Notes: a model not told the origin generated them from the letters alone. A stretch of 64,000 bases of DNA from an uncultured Gemmatimonadota bacterium (GCA_964509895.1 CAZDZJ010000132.1:18269-82268); one strand, 5' to 3'. Positions 26,475 to 36,495 are shown, counted from the first letter of the stretch. Numbers and translations are program-made.

Positions 26475-28010
26475 ATGTTCCCCGCCCCCCGCCGCGCTCT
26501 CCCCGTGGCCACCGCGCTGGCCGCACTCGCCGTCCTCGCCCCGGGCGCCGAACCGCTCCCGGGCCAGGCGACCGCGATCGTCGGCGCGACCCTCATCGAC
26601 GGAAACGGCGGCCCGCCACTCGCCGATGCGACCGTCGTCGTGGAGGGGGACCGCATCGCCGCCGCCGGGCCGCGCGCGGAGGTCGAGGTTCCGGCGGACG
26701 CGAACGTGATCGATGGCGCCGGAAAGTTCGTCACCCCCGGCTTCGTGGACACGAACGTTCACATCTCGCTGTACGGCGGCGGGAACAAGGACCGGAAGGA
26801 GAGTTCGGTCTTCTACCGGCTGATGGGGCCCGAACTCACCCTCGAGGCCGCGCAGATGCACCTCAAGTTCGGCGTCACCCACCTCCGCGACAGCTACGGC
26901 GCGCTCCCGGAACTCCAGCAGGTGCGCGACGCCATTGCCTCGGGGAAGGCCGTCGGGCCCCGGCTCCAGGTGGCCGGCAACATCGTCGGCTGGGGAGGCC
27001 CCTATTCGATCACCTTCGCCCTGATTCCGGAGGACGACCTGTCGCTCTACGAGGAGCAGTTCTCCGACCACATCGCGCAGGGCGCGGGCGAGGATCTCAT
27101 GGACCTCTATCCCGAGGAACTGCGGGTGAGGATCCGCGAGTACCTCGACAAGGGCGTGGATTTTCTCAAGTACGGGGGGACGAGTCACTGGTCGTTCCCG
27201 ACCCTCATCGGGTTCTCGCCCGAAGCGCAGCGCGTGATCGTCGAGGAGACACACGCCCGCGGCCTGATCGCGGAGACCCATTCCACGAATCCCGAGGGGC
27301 TGCGGCTCTCGGTGGAGGCGGGGATCGACCTCATCCAGCACCCCGAGGTGCTGGCGAATCGAGAGATCTCCGATGCGCTGGTGCAGCAGATCGTGGACCG
27401 TCGGATCGTTTGCTCGATGCTGGTGAATACCTTCACCGGTCCGGCCTGGGAGAACCACCTCCGGAACAAGGCGGCGGCCGAAGAGCGGCTGGCGCGCGAG
27501 GCCGAAGGGTCCCGGGCGCGCGAATGGGGCCGGTTGCGCCGTCCCGTCGAACGCGAGAAGACGAGTTACCAGATCCGCCGGGAGCAGCGGGCCCTGGGAT
27601 ACGGGATGGAAATGCGCCGCCTGAACGCGAAGAAGCTCATCGACGGCGGGTGCATCACGACCCTGGGCACGGACAACTACGCGGGCGTGGCGCCGGAATA
27701 CGGACGCGCCCCCAAGCCCATCTGGCAGGAGCCCGGCATCGGGACGATCCTCGCCATCGAGGGGCTCGTCGAAATGGGGATGACGCCGAGCGAGGCGATC
27801 GTCGCCGCCACGCGCAACGGCGCCATCGCGTCCGGCGCCCTGGACGAGTTCGGCACGATCGAAGCCGGCAAGCTCGCCGACCTGCTCGTGCTCGACGCCG
27901 ACCCGCTCGCCGACATCAGGAATATCCGGAAACAGTCCGTCGTCATGGCCGCGGGCCGCATCATCGATGTCGATGCGCTGCCCACCGAGCCCGTCTACTT
28001 CAAGCGTTGA
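26475..28010 (+). CDS. Amidohydrolase family protein, secreted (paralog 2)
   Basis: ATG at 26475 is preceded by GAGGAGG. The signal is MFPAPRRALPVATALAALAVLAPGA. It has the same motif set as the CDS at 19386, including PGFVDTNVH. Confidence 0.85.
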   Translation: MFPAPRRALPVATALAALAVLAPGAEPLPGQATAIVGATLIDGNGGPPLADATVVVEGDRIAAAGPRAEVEVPADANVIDGAGKFVTPGFVDTNVHISLYGGGNKDRKESSVFYRLMGPELTLEAAQMHLKFGVTHLRDSYGALPELQQVRDAIASGKAVGPRLQVAGNIVGWGGPYSITFALIPEDDLSLYEEQFSDHIAQGAGEDLMDLYPEELRVRIREYLDKGVDFLKYGGTSHWSFPTLIGFSPEAQRVIVEETHARGLIAETHSTNPEGLRLSVEAGIDLIQHPEVLANREISDALVQQIVDRRIVCSMLVNTFTGPAWENHLRNKAAAEERLAREAEGSRAREWGRLRRPVEREKTSYQIRREQRALGYGMEMRRLNAKKLIDGGCITTLGTDNYAGVAPEYGRAPKPIWQEPGIGTILAIEGLVEMGMTPSEAIVAATRNGAIASGALDEFGTIEAGKLADLLVLDADPLADIRNIRKQSVVMAAGRIIDVDALPTEPVYFKR

Positions 28011-28042
28011 ACCTCGTGAACCTCCCGCATCAGGAGAGTCGG

Positions 28043-31000
28043 ATGTCTCCCGTCTCCGCTTCTTTTCGTCCGTCCGTCCGCCGCCGCTGGTCTGCGGTCG
28101 CGGCCGGCTTCCTCCTCGCGCCCGCGGTGCTGGCCGCGCAGCAGGCCATGCCCGCGCTGGATCACCAGGACACGTATCGCTGGAACTCCGTCGGAGGGCG
28201 CACGATCTCGGCGGATGGCGCCTGGCTTGCCTATGTCCTGACGCCCTGGGACGGCGACCCCACACTCGTGATCACGCGCACGGACGGATCGGCCGAACGC
28301 CGCTTCCGGGGCCGGTCGCCGTCTTTCACGCGGGACTCGCGCCACCTCGCCTTCCGCGTGCCGCCGGTGAAGGCCGTCGTCGACTCGCTGCGCCTCGAGG
28401 GGACGCGCGGGAACGATCTGCCCGGCGACTCCCTCGCCGTCGTGAACCTCGCGGAGGCGTTCGCGAATGGGGGCGGGGACGATGCGGGCGTCCGGCGCGC
28501 CGGTCCGATCGACTCCTTCCGGATCCCGCCGGATGGGGGTGGCTTCGTCGCCTGGCTCCTCTCGGAGAATCCCGAGGAAGAGGAAAGAGAAGGGGAAGGA
28601 GAGGAGGAGGCCGAAGAGACGGCTGAGGAAGAGGCCGAGGAGGCCGCCGAGGAAGGGGAAGAGGGCGAGGAGGAGGAAGAGGAGGAGCGCTCCGCGGAAT
28701 ACGAGAAGCGGCACGAGAAGGAGGACGGGACGCCGCTGGTCGTCCTGAATCTGGACAGCGGAGCGGAGCACACCTTCGCCGACGTCGTCTCCTTCACGGT
28801 CGCGGACGACGGAAACGGCCTCGCGTACGTGACGTCGACCGAAGATGAAGGCGGGGACGGGATCTACCTCGTGGATCCGGCCAGCGGCGAGAGCGTGGAG
28901 GTGCTCGCGGGCGAGGGCCACTACGAGCAGGCGGTCTTCGACGAGTCGGGCGCGCGCCTCGCCTTCCTCAGCAACGCGGAGGAGTGGGAGATGGACCAGC
29001 CCTCCTTCGCCCTCTACCGCTCCGATGGCGGGGCGGCGGAGAAAGTGGCGGACCATGAGACGTCCGGCGTCCCCGCCGGGTGGTGGATCAGCGAGCACGG
29101 GTCGGTCTCCTTCAGCGAGGACGGAGATCGCCTCTTCTTCGGCACCGCGCCGCGTCCCGAACCCGAGCCCGACGAGGAGATCCTCGAAGCCGACCGGGTG
29201 ACGCTCGACATCTGGAACTGGCGCGACCCCTACCTGCAGCCGATGCAGCTCGTGCAGGCGAACCGCGAGCGCAACCGGACGTACCTGGCGGTGGCGCACG
29301 AGGGCCGCGACGGCGTTGTGCAGTTGGGCACGGGGAGCGTCCCCGACGTGACGCGAAGCGAGACCGGCACGAGCGACTACGTCCTCGCCACGAGCGACAT
29401 GCCGCACCGCCCGAAGGTCTCGTGGGATGGCCGCTACGAGGACGCATATGCGGTGGATGTCCTGACCGGCGAGCGACGCATGATCGTGGAGGCGGTGCGC
29501 GGCTTCGGCGGTGCGAGCCTCTCGCCCGGCGGAACGTACGCCTACTGGTGGGACGAGGCGGACCGCGACTGGAAGGCCGCCCCGATGGACGGCTCGGCGC
29601 CTGCCCACAGCCTGACGGGCCATCTCCCGGTTGCCTTCTACAACGAACTCGACGATCACCCGCAGGGGCCGCCGCCCTACGGCGGCGCCACGTGGGTCGA
29701 GGGCGACGCCGCCATGCTCGTCTACGACCGGAACGACGTGTGGCGCGTCGACCCGAGCGGCGAGGAGGCCGCTCTCCGTCTGACCGACGGGAGAGGCGAC
29801 GACCTTCGGTACCGCGTCCAGCGCGTGTCCGAGGGCGGAGGCGGCAACTTCTTCGCCTTCGGCTTTGGGGGCGGCGGCGGTGCGGGCGAGGGGCTCGAGG
29901 AGGGCGAGGTCCTCTTTTCCGTCTTCGACATGGGGACAAAGGCGTCGGGCTTCGCGCGCGGGCGGACCGACGATGCCGGCGGTCTCGATGAACTGATCAT
30001 GGGTGACGTGCGATACGGGGCGCCGGCGAAGGCCGAGGACGCCGAGCGCTACGTGTGGACGCGTCAGACGTTCGTCGAGTTCCCCGATCTGTGGGTGGGA
30101 GACTCGGACTTCGGCGGCGCCCGGAAGCTGAGCGACGCGAACCCGCAGCAGGACGAATACCGCTGGGGGACCGCCGAACTCGTCCACTGGAGATCGAACG
30201 ACCGCACGCCGCTCGACGGCATCCTGATCAAGCCGGACGGGTTCGACCCGTCACGGCAATATCCGCTCATGGTCTACTTCTACGAGCGCATGTCCGATGG
30301 GCTGCACAGCTATCAGACGCCCGTGCCGAACCGGGCCTCGGTCCGCTTCTCCTTCTACGCGAGCCGGGGCTACGTCGTGTTCATCCCGGACATCCCGTAC
30401 GAGATCGGCTATCCCGGCGAGAGCGCGCTCGACGCCGTCGTACCGGGCGTGCAGGCACTCATCGCGCAGGGCTTCATCGACCCGGACCGGGTCGGCGTGC
30501 AGGGCCACTCGTGGGGCGGCTACCAGATCGCCTACATGATCACGAAGACGAACATCTTCGCCGCCGCCGAGGCCGGCGCGCCGGTGTCCAACATGACGAG
30601 CGCCTACGGGGGCATCCGCTGGCAGAGCGGGATGAGCCGCATGTTCCAGTACGAGCGCACGCAGAGCCGCATCGGCGGGACGCTGTGGGACGAGCGCGAC
30701 CGATACGTCCACAACTCGCCCCTCTTCTTCGCCGACAAGATCCGGACGCCGCTCCTCATGCTGCACAACGACGAGGACGGCGCCGTGCCGTGGTACCAGG
30801 GGATCGAGATGTTCGTCGCCATGCGCCGGCTGGAGCTGCCCGTGTTCATGCTGAACTACAACGGCGAGGGACACGGTCTCGGACGGCAGGCGAACCAGGA
30901 GGACTGGGCCATACGCATGCAGCAGTTCTTCGACCACTACCTGATCGACGCCCCGGCGCCCCGCTGGATGGAGGAGGGTGTGCCGGCCGTCGTGAAGGGC

Positions 31001-31084
31001 CGCGACCTCGGCCTCGAACTCATCGGCAAGCCGGTCTCCGAAGAGGGCGGCGTCTCCGGCGAGCGTGAGAGGCTTGGAGGGTGA
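28043..31084 (+). CDS. S9-family prolyl oligopeptidase / dipeptidyl-peptidase-like serine peptidase, secreted
   Basis: ATG at 28043 and signal WSAVAAGFLLAPAVLAAQ. An N-terminal beta-propeller region is followed by the C-terminal catalytic domain with GVQGHSWGGY, NDEDGAVP and GEGHGL. Confidence 0.85.
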   Translation: MSPVSASFRPSVRRRWSAVAAGFLLAPAVLAAQQAMPALDHQDTYRWNSVGGRTISADGAWLAYVLTPWDGDPTLVITRTDGSAERRFRGRSPSFTRDSRHLAFRVPPVKAVVDSLRLEGTRGNDLPGDSLAVVNLAEAFANGGGDDAGVRRAGPIDSFRIPPDGGGFVAWLLSENPEEEEREGEGEEEAEETAEEEAEEAAEEGEEGEEEEEEERSAEYEKRHEKEDGTPLVVLNLDSGAEHTFADVVSFTVADDGNGLAYVTSTEDEGGDGIYLVDPASGESVEVLAGEGHYEQAVFDESGARLAFLSNAEEWEMDQPSFALYRSDGGAAEKVADHETSGVPAGWWISEHGSVSFSEDGDRLFFGTAPRPEPEPDEEILEADRVTLDIWNWRDPYLQPMQLVQANRERNRTYLAVAHEGRDGVVQLGTGSVPDVTRSETGTSDYVLATSDMPHRPKVSWDGRYEDAYAVDVLTGERRMIVEAVRGFGGASLSPGGTYAYWWDEADRDWKAAPMDGSAPAHSLTGHLPVAFYNELDDHPQGPPPYGGATWVEGDAAMLVYDRNDVWRVDPSGEEAALRLTDGRGDDLRYRVQRVSEGGGGNFFAFGFGGGGGAGEGLEEGEVLFSVFDMGTKASGFARGRTDDAGGLDELIMGDVRYGAPAKAEDAERYVWTRQTFVEFPDLWVGDSDFGGARKLSDANPQQDEYRWGTAELVHWRSNDRTPLDGILIKPDGFDPSRQYPLMVYFYERMSDGLHSYQTPVPNRASVRFSFYASRGYVVFIPDIPYEIGYPGESALDAVVPGVQALIAQGFIDPDRVGVQGHSWGGYQIAYMITKTNIFAAAEAGAPVSNMTSAYGGIRWQSGMSRMFQYERTQSRIGGTLWDERDRYVHNSPLFFADKIRTPLLMLHNDEDGAVPWYQGIEMFVAMRRLELPVFMLNYNGEGHGLGRQANQEDWAIRMQQFFDHYLIDAPAPRWMEEGVPAVVKGRDLGLELIGKPVSEEGGVSGERERLGG
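28574..28687 (+). repeat. GA-rich polypurine tract encoding a poly-Glu insertion
   Basis: The tract runs gaggaagaggaaagagaaggggaaggagaggaggagg... and encodes EEEEREGEGEEEAEETAEEEAEEAAEEGEEGEEEEEEE inside the S9 propeller region. Confidence 0.85.
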
Positions 31085-32427
31085 GGTCCGAGATGCTGCA
31101 AGGCAACCTCCGTCGAACCGGGGGCAGCTTCCGTCGAGCCGTGTGCGCCGTGGCCGTTTACCTGCTCGCGACGGCCGCCTCGCCCGCAATTGGCGCGGCG
31201 GTGCCACCTCTCCCCCAGGAAGTGGCCGTGGACACCCTCGACGACGGCCGCGTCGTCGTAAGGAATCCGGCCCCCGGGCGTCGTGGAGGACCCGACGAGT
31301 GGCGCCTCGTCGAGGAACTCCGGCTCGGCCAGCTCGAAGGCACCGAGCCCGAGGTCTTCGGAGACGTGCACGACGTTGCCGTGGATGAGAAGGGCCACAT
31401 CTACGTGATGGATGGTGGTTCGAAGGAGGTAAGGGTCTTCGATCGGGAGGGGCGGCATCTGCGAAACATGGCCCGAGACGGAGAAGGGCCCGGCGAGTTT
31501 CGCTACTCCGAATGGGCCTCCGAACAGCGGATCATCTGGCAACCTCCGAACCGGCTCTGGGTTGGTGACCTCTGGCAGCAGTTGAGTTTCGACTCGCTCG
31601 GCAACGAACTGAGCCGGACCGGACAGGCTTTCGGCCCAGGCTTCCGGCCGGGCTCGGCGCGCACCCCGGGAGGCGCGCTGCTGTCCAGCACCATCGTCGA
31701 CGCGGACGCGAAAGGCTTCGTCTATCAGGAGGTAACCGTCAGCGACCGGACACGGTCCGGGGATCAGACCATTTCGAGCCACTACAGATACGGAGTGCGC
31801 CTGCCGGTGTACCCGGAGCATCCGAATCCGGTCCTGCCCCGGGATACCGTGCTCCTCGATCGCCGCGTCTCCACGACCACTGCGGTACCGACCAGTAGGA
31901 GCGGCAGCAACATAACAGTCGGCGGCATCATCAAGGCTTCCGTTCCGAGGCGTGTCTGGGGGTTCGCCCGAGGCGAAACCGTATGGGCAGCGAACCGGGC
32001 GGTTCACCGCTTCCACGAAGTCACGTTTACCGGCGACACCGTGCGGACGATCGAACTCGGCAACCCACCCCCGCCGCCCCCAGACGATTCGGACGAGTCG
32101 GAGTTCGAGCCCGTGATTGCGAGTCTGGACGTGTCGCCCGAGGGCTGGCTCTGGGTGCTGCGGTTCCCGGACGACGCCGACGACCCGGACGGCAACCCCA
32201 CCTGGGATCTGTTCGACAACTGCGGCCGTTACCGGGGCGCGGTCTCCCCGCCGGCGCGCCTGGCAACCGTTCGGTTCGGCGGGGATACGGTGGATCCCAT
32301 CGATCTCGGCGCGGGAGGAGTGATCCATGGCGTGGCCCGCGATGCCCTGGATGTGAGCTACGTGCTCCGCCTCCGCCTGGAGAACGCGAACGGAACGCCC
32401 GTGCGGAGGCAGGCCTGCCCCTCCTGA
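31081..32427 (+). CDS. Six-bladed beta-propeller (NHL/TolB-like) protein, secreted
   Basis: The GTG at 31081 overlaps the S9 stop by 4 nt; an alternative ATG lies at 31093. The signal is AVCAVAVYLLATAASPAIGA. The blade motif HIYVMDGGSKEVRVFDREGRHL recurs in the protein. Confidence 0.65.
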   Translation: MRSEMLQGNLRRTGGSFRRAVCAVAVYLLATAASPAIGAAVPPLPQEVAVDTLDDGRVVVRNPAPGRRGGPDEWRLVEELRLGQLEGTEPEVFGDVHDVAVDEKGHIYVMDGGSKEVRVFDREGRHLRNMARDGEGPGEFRYSEWASEQRIIWQPPNRLWVGDLWQQLSFDSLGNELSRTGQAFGPGFRPGSARTPGGALLSSTIVDADAKGFVYQEVTVSDRTRSGDQTISSHYRYGVRLPVYPEHPNPVLPRDTVLLDRRVSTTTAVPTSRSGSNITVGGIIKASVPRRVWGFARGETVWAANRAVHRFHEVTFTGDTVRTIELGNPPPPPPDDSDESEFEPVIASLDVSPEGWLWVLRFPDDADDPDGNPTWDLFDNCGRYRGAVSPPARLATVRFGGDTVDPIDLGAGGVIHGVARDALDVSYVLRLRLENANGTPVRRQACPS

Positions 32428-33773
32428 TGCGGAAGTTCCGGTTTCCCCATCCGCTGACGCTGCTGACGGTCGCGATCCTGGCGGCCGCGGCGCTGTCCTA
32501 CGTGCTGCCGGCGGGGGAGTACGAGCGGCGGGATGATCCGGAGACGGGGCGCAGCATCGTCGTGCCCGGCACGTACCACGAAGTCGAGGCCAACCGGATC
32601 GGGGCCTTCGAGGCGATCGTCGCGATCCCCCGGGGGATGGCGGACCGCGCCGATGTGGTGTTCCTCATCTTCCTCATCGGCGGGGCGTTCGCCGTGTTCG
32701 ATGCGACGGGCGCGCTCCGGCGCGGCATCGCGTGGCTCGTCGAGGCACTCCAGGGGCGCGAAATCCTCGCGATCCCCGTCGTCTGTCTCGCCTTCGCGGC
32801 GGGGGGCGTCACGGAGAACATGCAGGAGGAGATCATCCCCCTCGTTCCCGCGCTCATGCTGCTCACGAAGCGGCTCGGCTACTCTCCCATGGTGGGGGTG
32901 GCCGTCAGCGCGGGCTCCGCGTTCGTGGGGTCGGCCTTCAGTCCCATCAACCCGTTCCAGGTCCTGATCGCCCAGCAGGTGGCCGAAGTGCCGCCGCTCT
33001 CGGGCAGCCTCTTCCGGATCGTCTTCCTCGCCATCGCCCTTGGTCTCTGGATCTGGTGGACGATGCGCTACGCCGCCCGTACGCGGGTTGCCGCAGAAGA
33101 GGCGGACGCGTCCGAACCCGACTCCGCGTTCGGATGGAGGGACGGGACCATCTTCGCCATCGTCGCCGCCACTTTCGGCATCCTCGTGTGGGGACTCGTC
33201 TGGCTGAAGTGGGACTTCGACCACATGTCGGCGCTCTTCTTCATCATGGGCGTGGTCGTGGGGCTCATCGGGCGGCTCGGCGTGACGGGGACGGCCAGGG
33301 CCTACGCCGAGGGCTTCCGCTCGATGGGGTACGCGGCTCTCCTCATCGGTTTCGCGCACGCGATCTACGTGGTCATGGTCGACGGCCGGATCATCGACAC
33401 GATCGTGCGCGGGCTCTTCGTCCCGCTCGCCGACCTGCCGCTCGCGCTCTCCGCCATCGGCATGTCGGCCGCGCAGGGCGTGCTGCACTTCGCCGTGCCC
33501 AGCGTGAGCGGTCAGGCGGTGCTGACGCTGCCGGTCCTCGTTCCGCTCTCGGATCTGCTCGGGCTCTCACGCCAGATCACGATCCTCGCCTACCAGTACG
33601 GGGCCGGGCTGTGTGAACTCATCACGCCGACCAACGGCGCGCTGATGGCGATCCTGGCCGCAAGCGGCGTGCGCTACGAGTCGTGGCTTCGCTTCGTGAT
33701 CACGCGCTACCTCATGCTGATGGCGCTCGGCGCGGTCGCCCTCGTCATCGCCCTAGCGGTCGGCTACAGCTGA
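32427..33773 (+). CDS. YfcC/DcuC-like anion-permease-superfamily transporter
   Basis: ATG at 32427 overlaps the upstream stop by 1 nt. The N-terminus MRKFRFPHPLTLL and the roughly 11-12 TM pattern are typical of the YfcC family. Confidence 0.75.
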   Translation: MRKFRFPHPLTLLTVAILAAAALSYVLPAGEYERRDDPETGRSIVVPGTYHEVEANRIGAFEAIVAIPRGMADRADVVFLIFLIGGAFAVFDATGALRRGIAWLVEALQGREILAIPVVCLAFAAGGVTENMQEEIIPLVPALMLLTKRLGYSPMVGVAVSAGSAFVGSAFSPINPFQVLIAQQVAEVPPLSGSLFRIVFLAIALGLWIWWTMRYAARTRVAAEEADASEPDSAFGWRDGTIFAIVAATFGILVWGLVWLKWDFDHMSALFFIMGVVVGLIGRLGVTGTARAYAEGFRSMGYAALLIGFAHAIYVVMVDGRIIDTIVRGLFVPLADLPLALSAIGMSAAQGVLHFAVPSVSGQAVLTLPVLVPLSDLLGLSRQITILAYQYGAGLCELITPTNGALMAILAASGVRYESWLRFVITRYLMLMALGAVALVIALAVGYS

Positions 33774-33780
33774 CCCGCGC

Positions 33781-33798
33781 ACGTTCCCGCGGGAACGT
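33781..33798. terminator. Perfect 18-nt palindrome between convergent genes (candidate terminator)
   Basis: acgttcccgcgggaacgt is self-complementary. It lies between the stop at 33773 (+) and the stop at 33815 (-). Confidence 0.35.
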
Positions 33799-33814
33799 CC
33801 CTGTCTCGTCCCGG

Positions 33815-36388
33815 TCAGAAGCGATCCGGGTCGGCCTCGCAGGCAACGTCTGAGCCGAGCCACTGTGCCGCCCAGCGGGCGGGGCCGGCGGCGGTCCAGG
33901 CGTCGCCCGCGAGCCAGTCCATTGCGGGCTCGCCGATCGGCGCGCCCGGGGGCGCGTTCGGCGTCCCCGGCATCTCGTAGGGCGCCGAGGGCTTCTCCAG
34001 GAAGCGCGCGATGTCGCGATCGACCAGTTGCACGAAGGCGGCATCCCGCTCCGGGGGCGGGTTGGCGGCCATCTCGGCCCTCAGGTCCACCAGCTTTCGC
34101 GTGGCGAGGGCCCGGACGTGCGGCATCGAGGCCCGATCCGCGAGCGCCATGATCCGATCCACCAACACGCGGTAGGCTGCAAGTCGCAGTTCGGTGTGGT
34201 AGAGCGTCTCGTTCGGCTCGGGGCGGACGGCATCGACCAGCGCCGTCAGCACTTCGGCGAGCCCCGGCAGCTCGGGATCGAGCGCGTGCTGCTGCACGAG
34301 CCGCGCGGCCCTCGACGGCTCGAGGACGCGCGACACCGTGTGGTCCGCCGCCACCACCGCCGGCGTCACCGCATCGAAGGCCGGACCCGTATAACGCGGG
34401 AAGGTCTCGCGCGTGCGCCCGAAGCCCGGCGGCCGCGGCGGCAGCAGATCGACCACACCCGCGGGGATTTCCAGCTCCGCCGGCCGCATCGTCCGGGCCA
34501 GCGCCCGCAGCGCTGACCGCTGTGCCTCCCCGGCGACGCGCTTCATGGGCGTCCGCCCGTCTCCCCGGAAGGCGTAGACGTATTCCTGCCCCCCGAGGAG
34601 CGACGCGGCCGCGTCCACCTGGTAGCGGTGGTGCATGTACAGCGGCACCAGTGCCTCCTCCACCGTGACGATCGGCCGCCCGGCGCGGATCGCCTGCTCG
34701 CCCAGGCGGTCCAGTGAATGCCGCCGCACGTCCATCATCCGCTGCAGTTCGGCCGCCGCGTCCACCCCGTTCGACCACTGGTCGGCGCGCGCGTGGATGC
34801 TGATGTCCTGGTTCGTGAAGTAGATGAGGTCCTCGTCCCAGGCCTCGTCCAGGATCCGCTGGAGTTCGGCGGCCTCGTCCGTTCCCTCCGGGAAGTCCGT
34901 ATAGCCGTACATGATCGCGACCTTGTCCCACTCCCCGATGTCCACGTCGTAGACTGCGGAGTAGTCGAGCCGTCCGTCGTCTCCCAGCGTCACGAGCGGG
35001 TGGGGATAGTCGAGGACCGAGATCCGGCCGCGGCTGCTGTCGTAGTAGTTGTGGCCGAGCCCGAGCGTGTGACCGACCTCGTGCGCCGACAGCTGCCGGA
35101 TCCGGGCCAGGGCCCACTCCGCCAGGTCCGGGGGCATTTCGTCGCCATTGGCGTAGGGGGACAGGAGGCCTTCGGCGATCAGATAGTCCTGCCGCCAGCG
35201 GAGCGAGCCGAGCGTCACGACGCCCTTCAGGATCTCGCCCGTGCGCGGGTCGATCACGGACCCGCCCGTGCTCCAGCCGCGCGTCGACCGGTGCACCCAG
35301 TTGATCACGTTGTAGCGCACGTCGTGCGAACTCACGCCCTCCGGCAGCATTTCGACCCGGAAACCGTCCCGGAAGCCGGCCGCCTCGAAGGCCTGGTTCC
35401 ACCAGCGGGCGCCGTCGAGCAGCGCGGAGCGGATGGGTTCCGGCGCCCCTGGATCGAGATAGTAGACGATCGGCTCGACGGGCTCGCCCATCGCTTCCGA
35501 CGGGTCGCGCTTCTCGAGCCGGTGCCGCCGGATGAACCGCCGGGTCATGTCCTCGCCCAGCGGCGCGGAATAGTCGTCGAAGCTCATGGCCCCGTACCCC
35601 GCCCTCGAATCGAACGCCCGCGGCGTGTACGCGCCCAGTTGCGGCAGTTGCACGAAGGAATGATGCAGCCGGATCGTCGCCGCCTCGCCCGTCGCTGCCA
35701 CGTTCCCGACCCCCTCGAACGCGCCGCCGCCGCCGAAACCTCCAAAGCCGCCGCCACCCCCCGGCTGGCGCACGAACGTGAGCGATGCCTCGATTTCCGT
35801 GTTCTCCGGGAACCCCATCGTCATCGGGAGGTAGATCGCGCTCCGGCTCGCGTCGAAGCGGTACGTACCCGGCCGCAGCCGCTGCGCCCAATTGATCATG
35901 TCGCGCACGACGAAGTCCGTCGCGTCGACGAGGACCCGGCCGTCCGTCTCGGCCGCCGCCGTGAATCCCCACAGCGTCGAGGGCGCGAACGCGTCCGTCA
36001 CCGCCTGCACCTCCCGCGGGTTCGTACTGCTCGCGCGGAACCCGAGGTTGGGCTGAATCATCAGAACCTTCGGGCCCACCCGGTGGAAGCGCACGAGCCG
36101 CGACCCGGAGAGCGCCCCGCGGTCGAGGCCGATATCGTTGGAGCCCAGCCCCGAGGCGAGCCCCGTCATGTGGAGCAGGTCCGCGTCCCAGCGCGAGATC
36201 TCGAGCCACAGCTTGCCCGTCGAGGCCTCCCAGTACATGGGGATGAAGCCATCGATGGCCCGCATCGAAGCGGTCTTCTCCTCCACCGAGGGGAGTCCGC
36301 CCCCCTCATCCTGCGCGTCGGCGAAGACGGGAACGAGGACGAAAAGGGACGCAGTCAACACTGCCCGGAAACGGGTCACGGAATACAC
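33815..36388 (-). CDS. Secreted zinc-dependent metalloprotease (large, DUF4953/DUF5117-like)
   Basis: The signal is MYSVTRFRAVLTASLFVLVPVFADA. The zinc-binding motif is HEVGHTLGLGHN. The protein is 857 aa and has a Gly-rich loop, GGGGGFGGFGGGG. Confidence 0.85.
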   Translation of the reverse strand: MYSVTRFRAVLTASLFVLVPVFADAQDEGGGLPSVEEKTASMRAIDGFIPMYWEASTGKLWLEISRWDADLLHMTGLASGLGSNDIGLDRGALSGSRLVRFHRVGPKVLMIQPNLGFRASSTNPREVQAVTDAFAPSTLWGFTAAAETDGRVLVDATDFVVRDMINWAQRLRPGTYRFDASRSAIYLPMTMGFPENTEIEASLTFVRQPGGGGGFGGFGGGGAFEGVGNVAATGEAATIRLHHSFVQLPQLGAYTPRAFDSRAGYGAMSFDDYSAPLGEDMTRRFIRRHRLEKRDPSEAMGEPVEPIVYYLDPGAPEPIRSALLDGARWWNQAFEAAGFRDGFRVEMLPEGVSSHDVRYNVINWVHRSTRGWSTGGSVIDPRTGEILKGVVTLGSLRWRQDYLIAEGLLSPYANGDEMPPDLAEWALARIRQLSAHEVGHTLGLGHNYYDSSRGRISVLDYPHPLVTLGDDGRLDYSAVYDVDIGEWDKVAIMYGYTDFPEGTDEAAELQRILDEAWDEDLIYFTNQDISIHARADQWSNGVDAAAELQRMMDVRRHSLDRLGEQAIRAGRPIVTVEEALVPLYMHHRYQVDAAASLLGGQEYVYAFRGDGRTPMKRVAGEAQRSALRALARTMRPAELEIPAGVVDLLPPRPPGFGRTRETFPRYTGPAFDAVTPAVVAADHTVSRVLEPSRAARLVQQHALDPELPGLAEVLTALVDAVRPEPNETLYHTELRLAAYRVLVDRIMALADRASMPHVRALATRKLVDLRAEMAANPPPERDAAFVQLVDRDIARFLEKPSAPYEMPGTPNAPPGAPIGEPAMDWLAGDAWTAAGPARWAAQWLGSDVACEADPDRF

Positions 36389-36495
36389 GGACGCCTCCTG
36401 AGGACGATGAGTGGTCGGCTCCCCTCGAGAGTCGGAGGGAGAGAACTACACATTAGGACGGATCGGCGCGGAGAGGGAGCGCGCCGGACACTGGA

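Noticed and set aside
27410-28042. A 211-aa N-terminal extension of the S9 peptidase ORF (the 1224-aa ORF-track entry).
   Set aside because: It overlaps the 3' end of the amidohydrolase gene in another frame and has a low-complexity Arg/Gly/Pro composition. The ATG at 28043 is followed by a convincing signal peptide.
33753-36209. An 818-aa minus-strand ORF, and a 593-aa plus-strand ORF (34718..36499), both overlapping the metalloprotease gene.
   Set aside because: Both are alternative-frame or antisense shadows with extreme Arg/Gly/Pro/Ala bias and no motifs. The frame at 33815..36388 carries the signal peptide and the HEVGHTLGLGHN zinc site.
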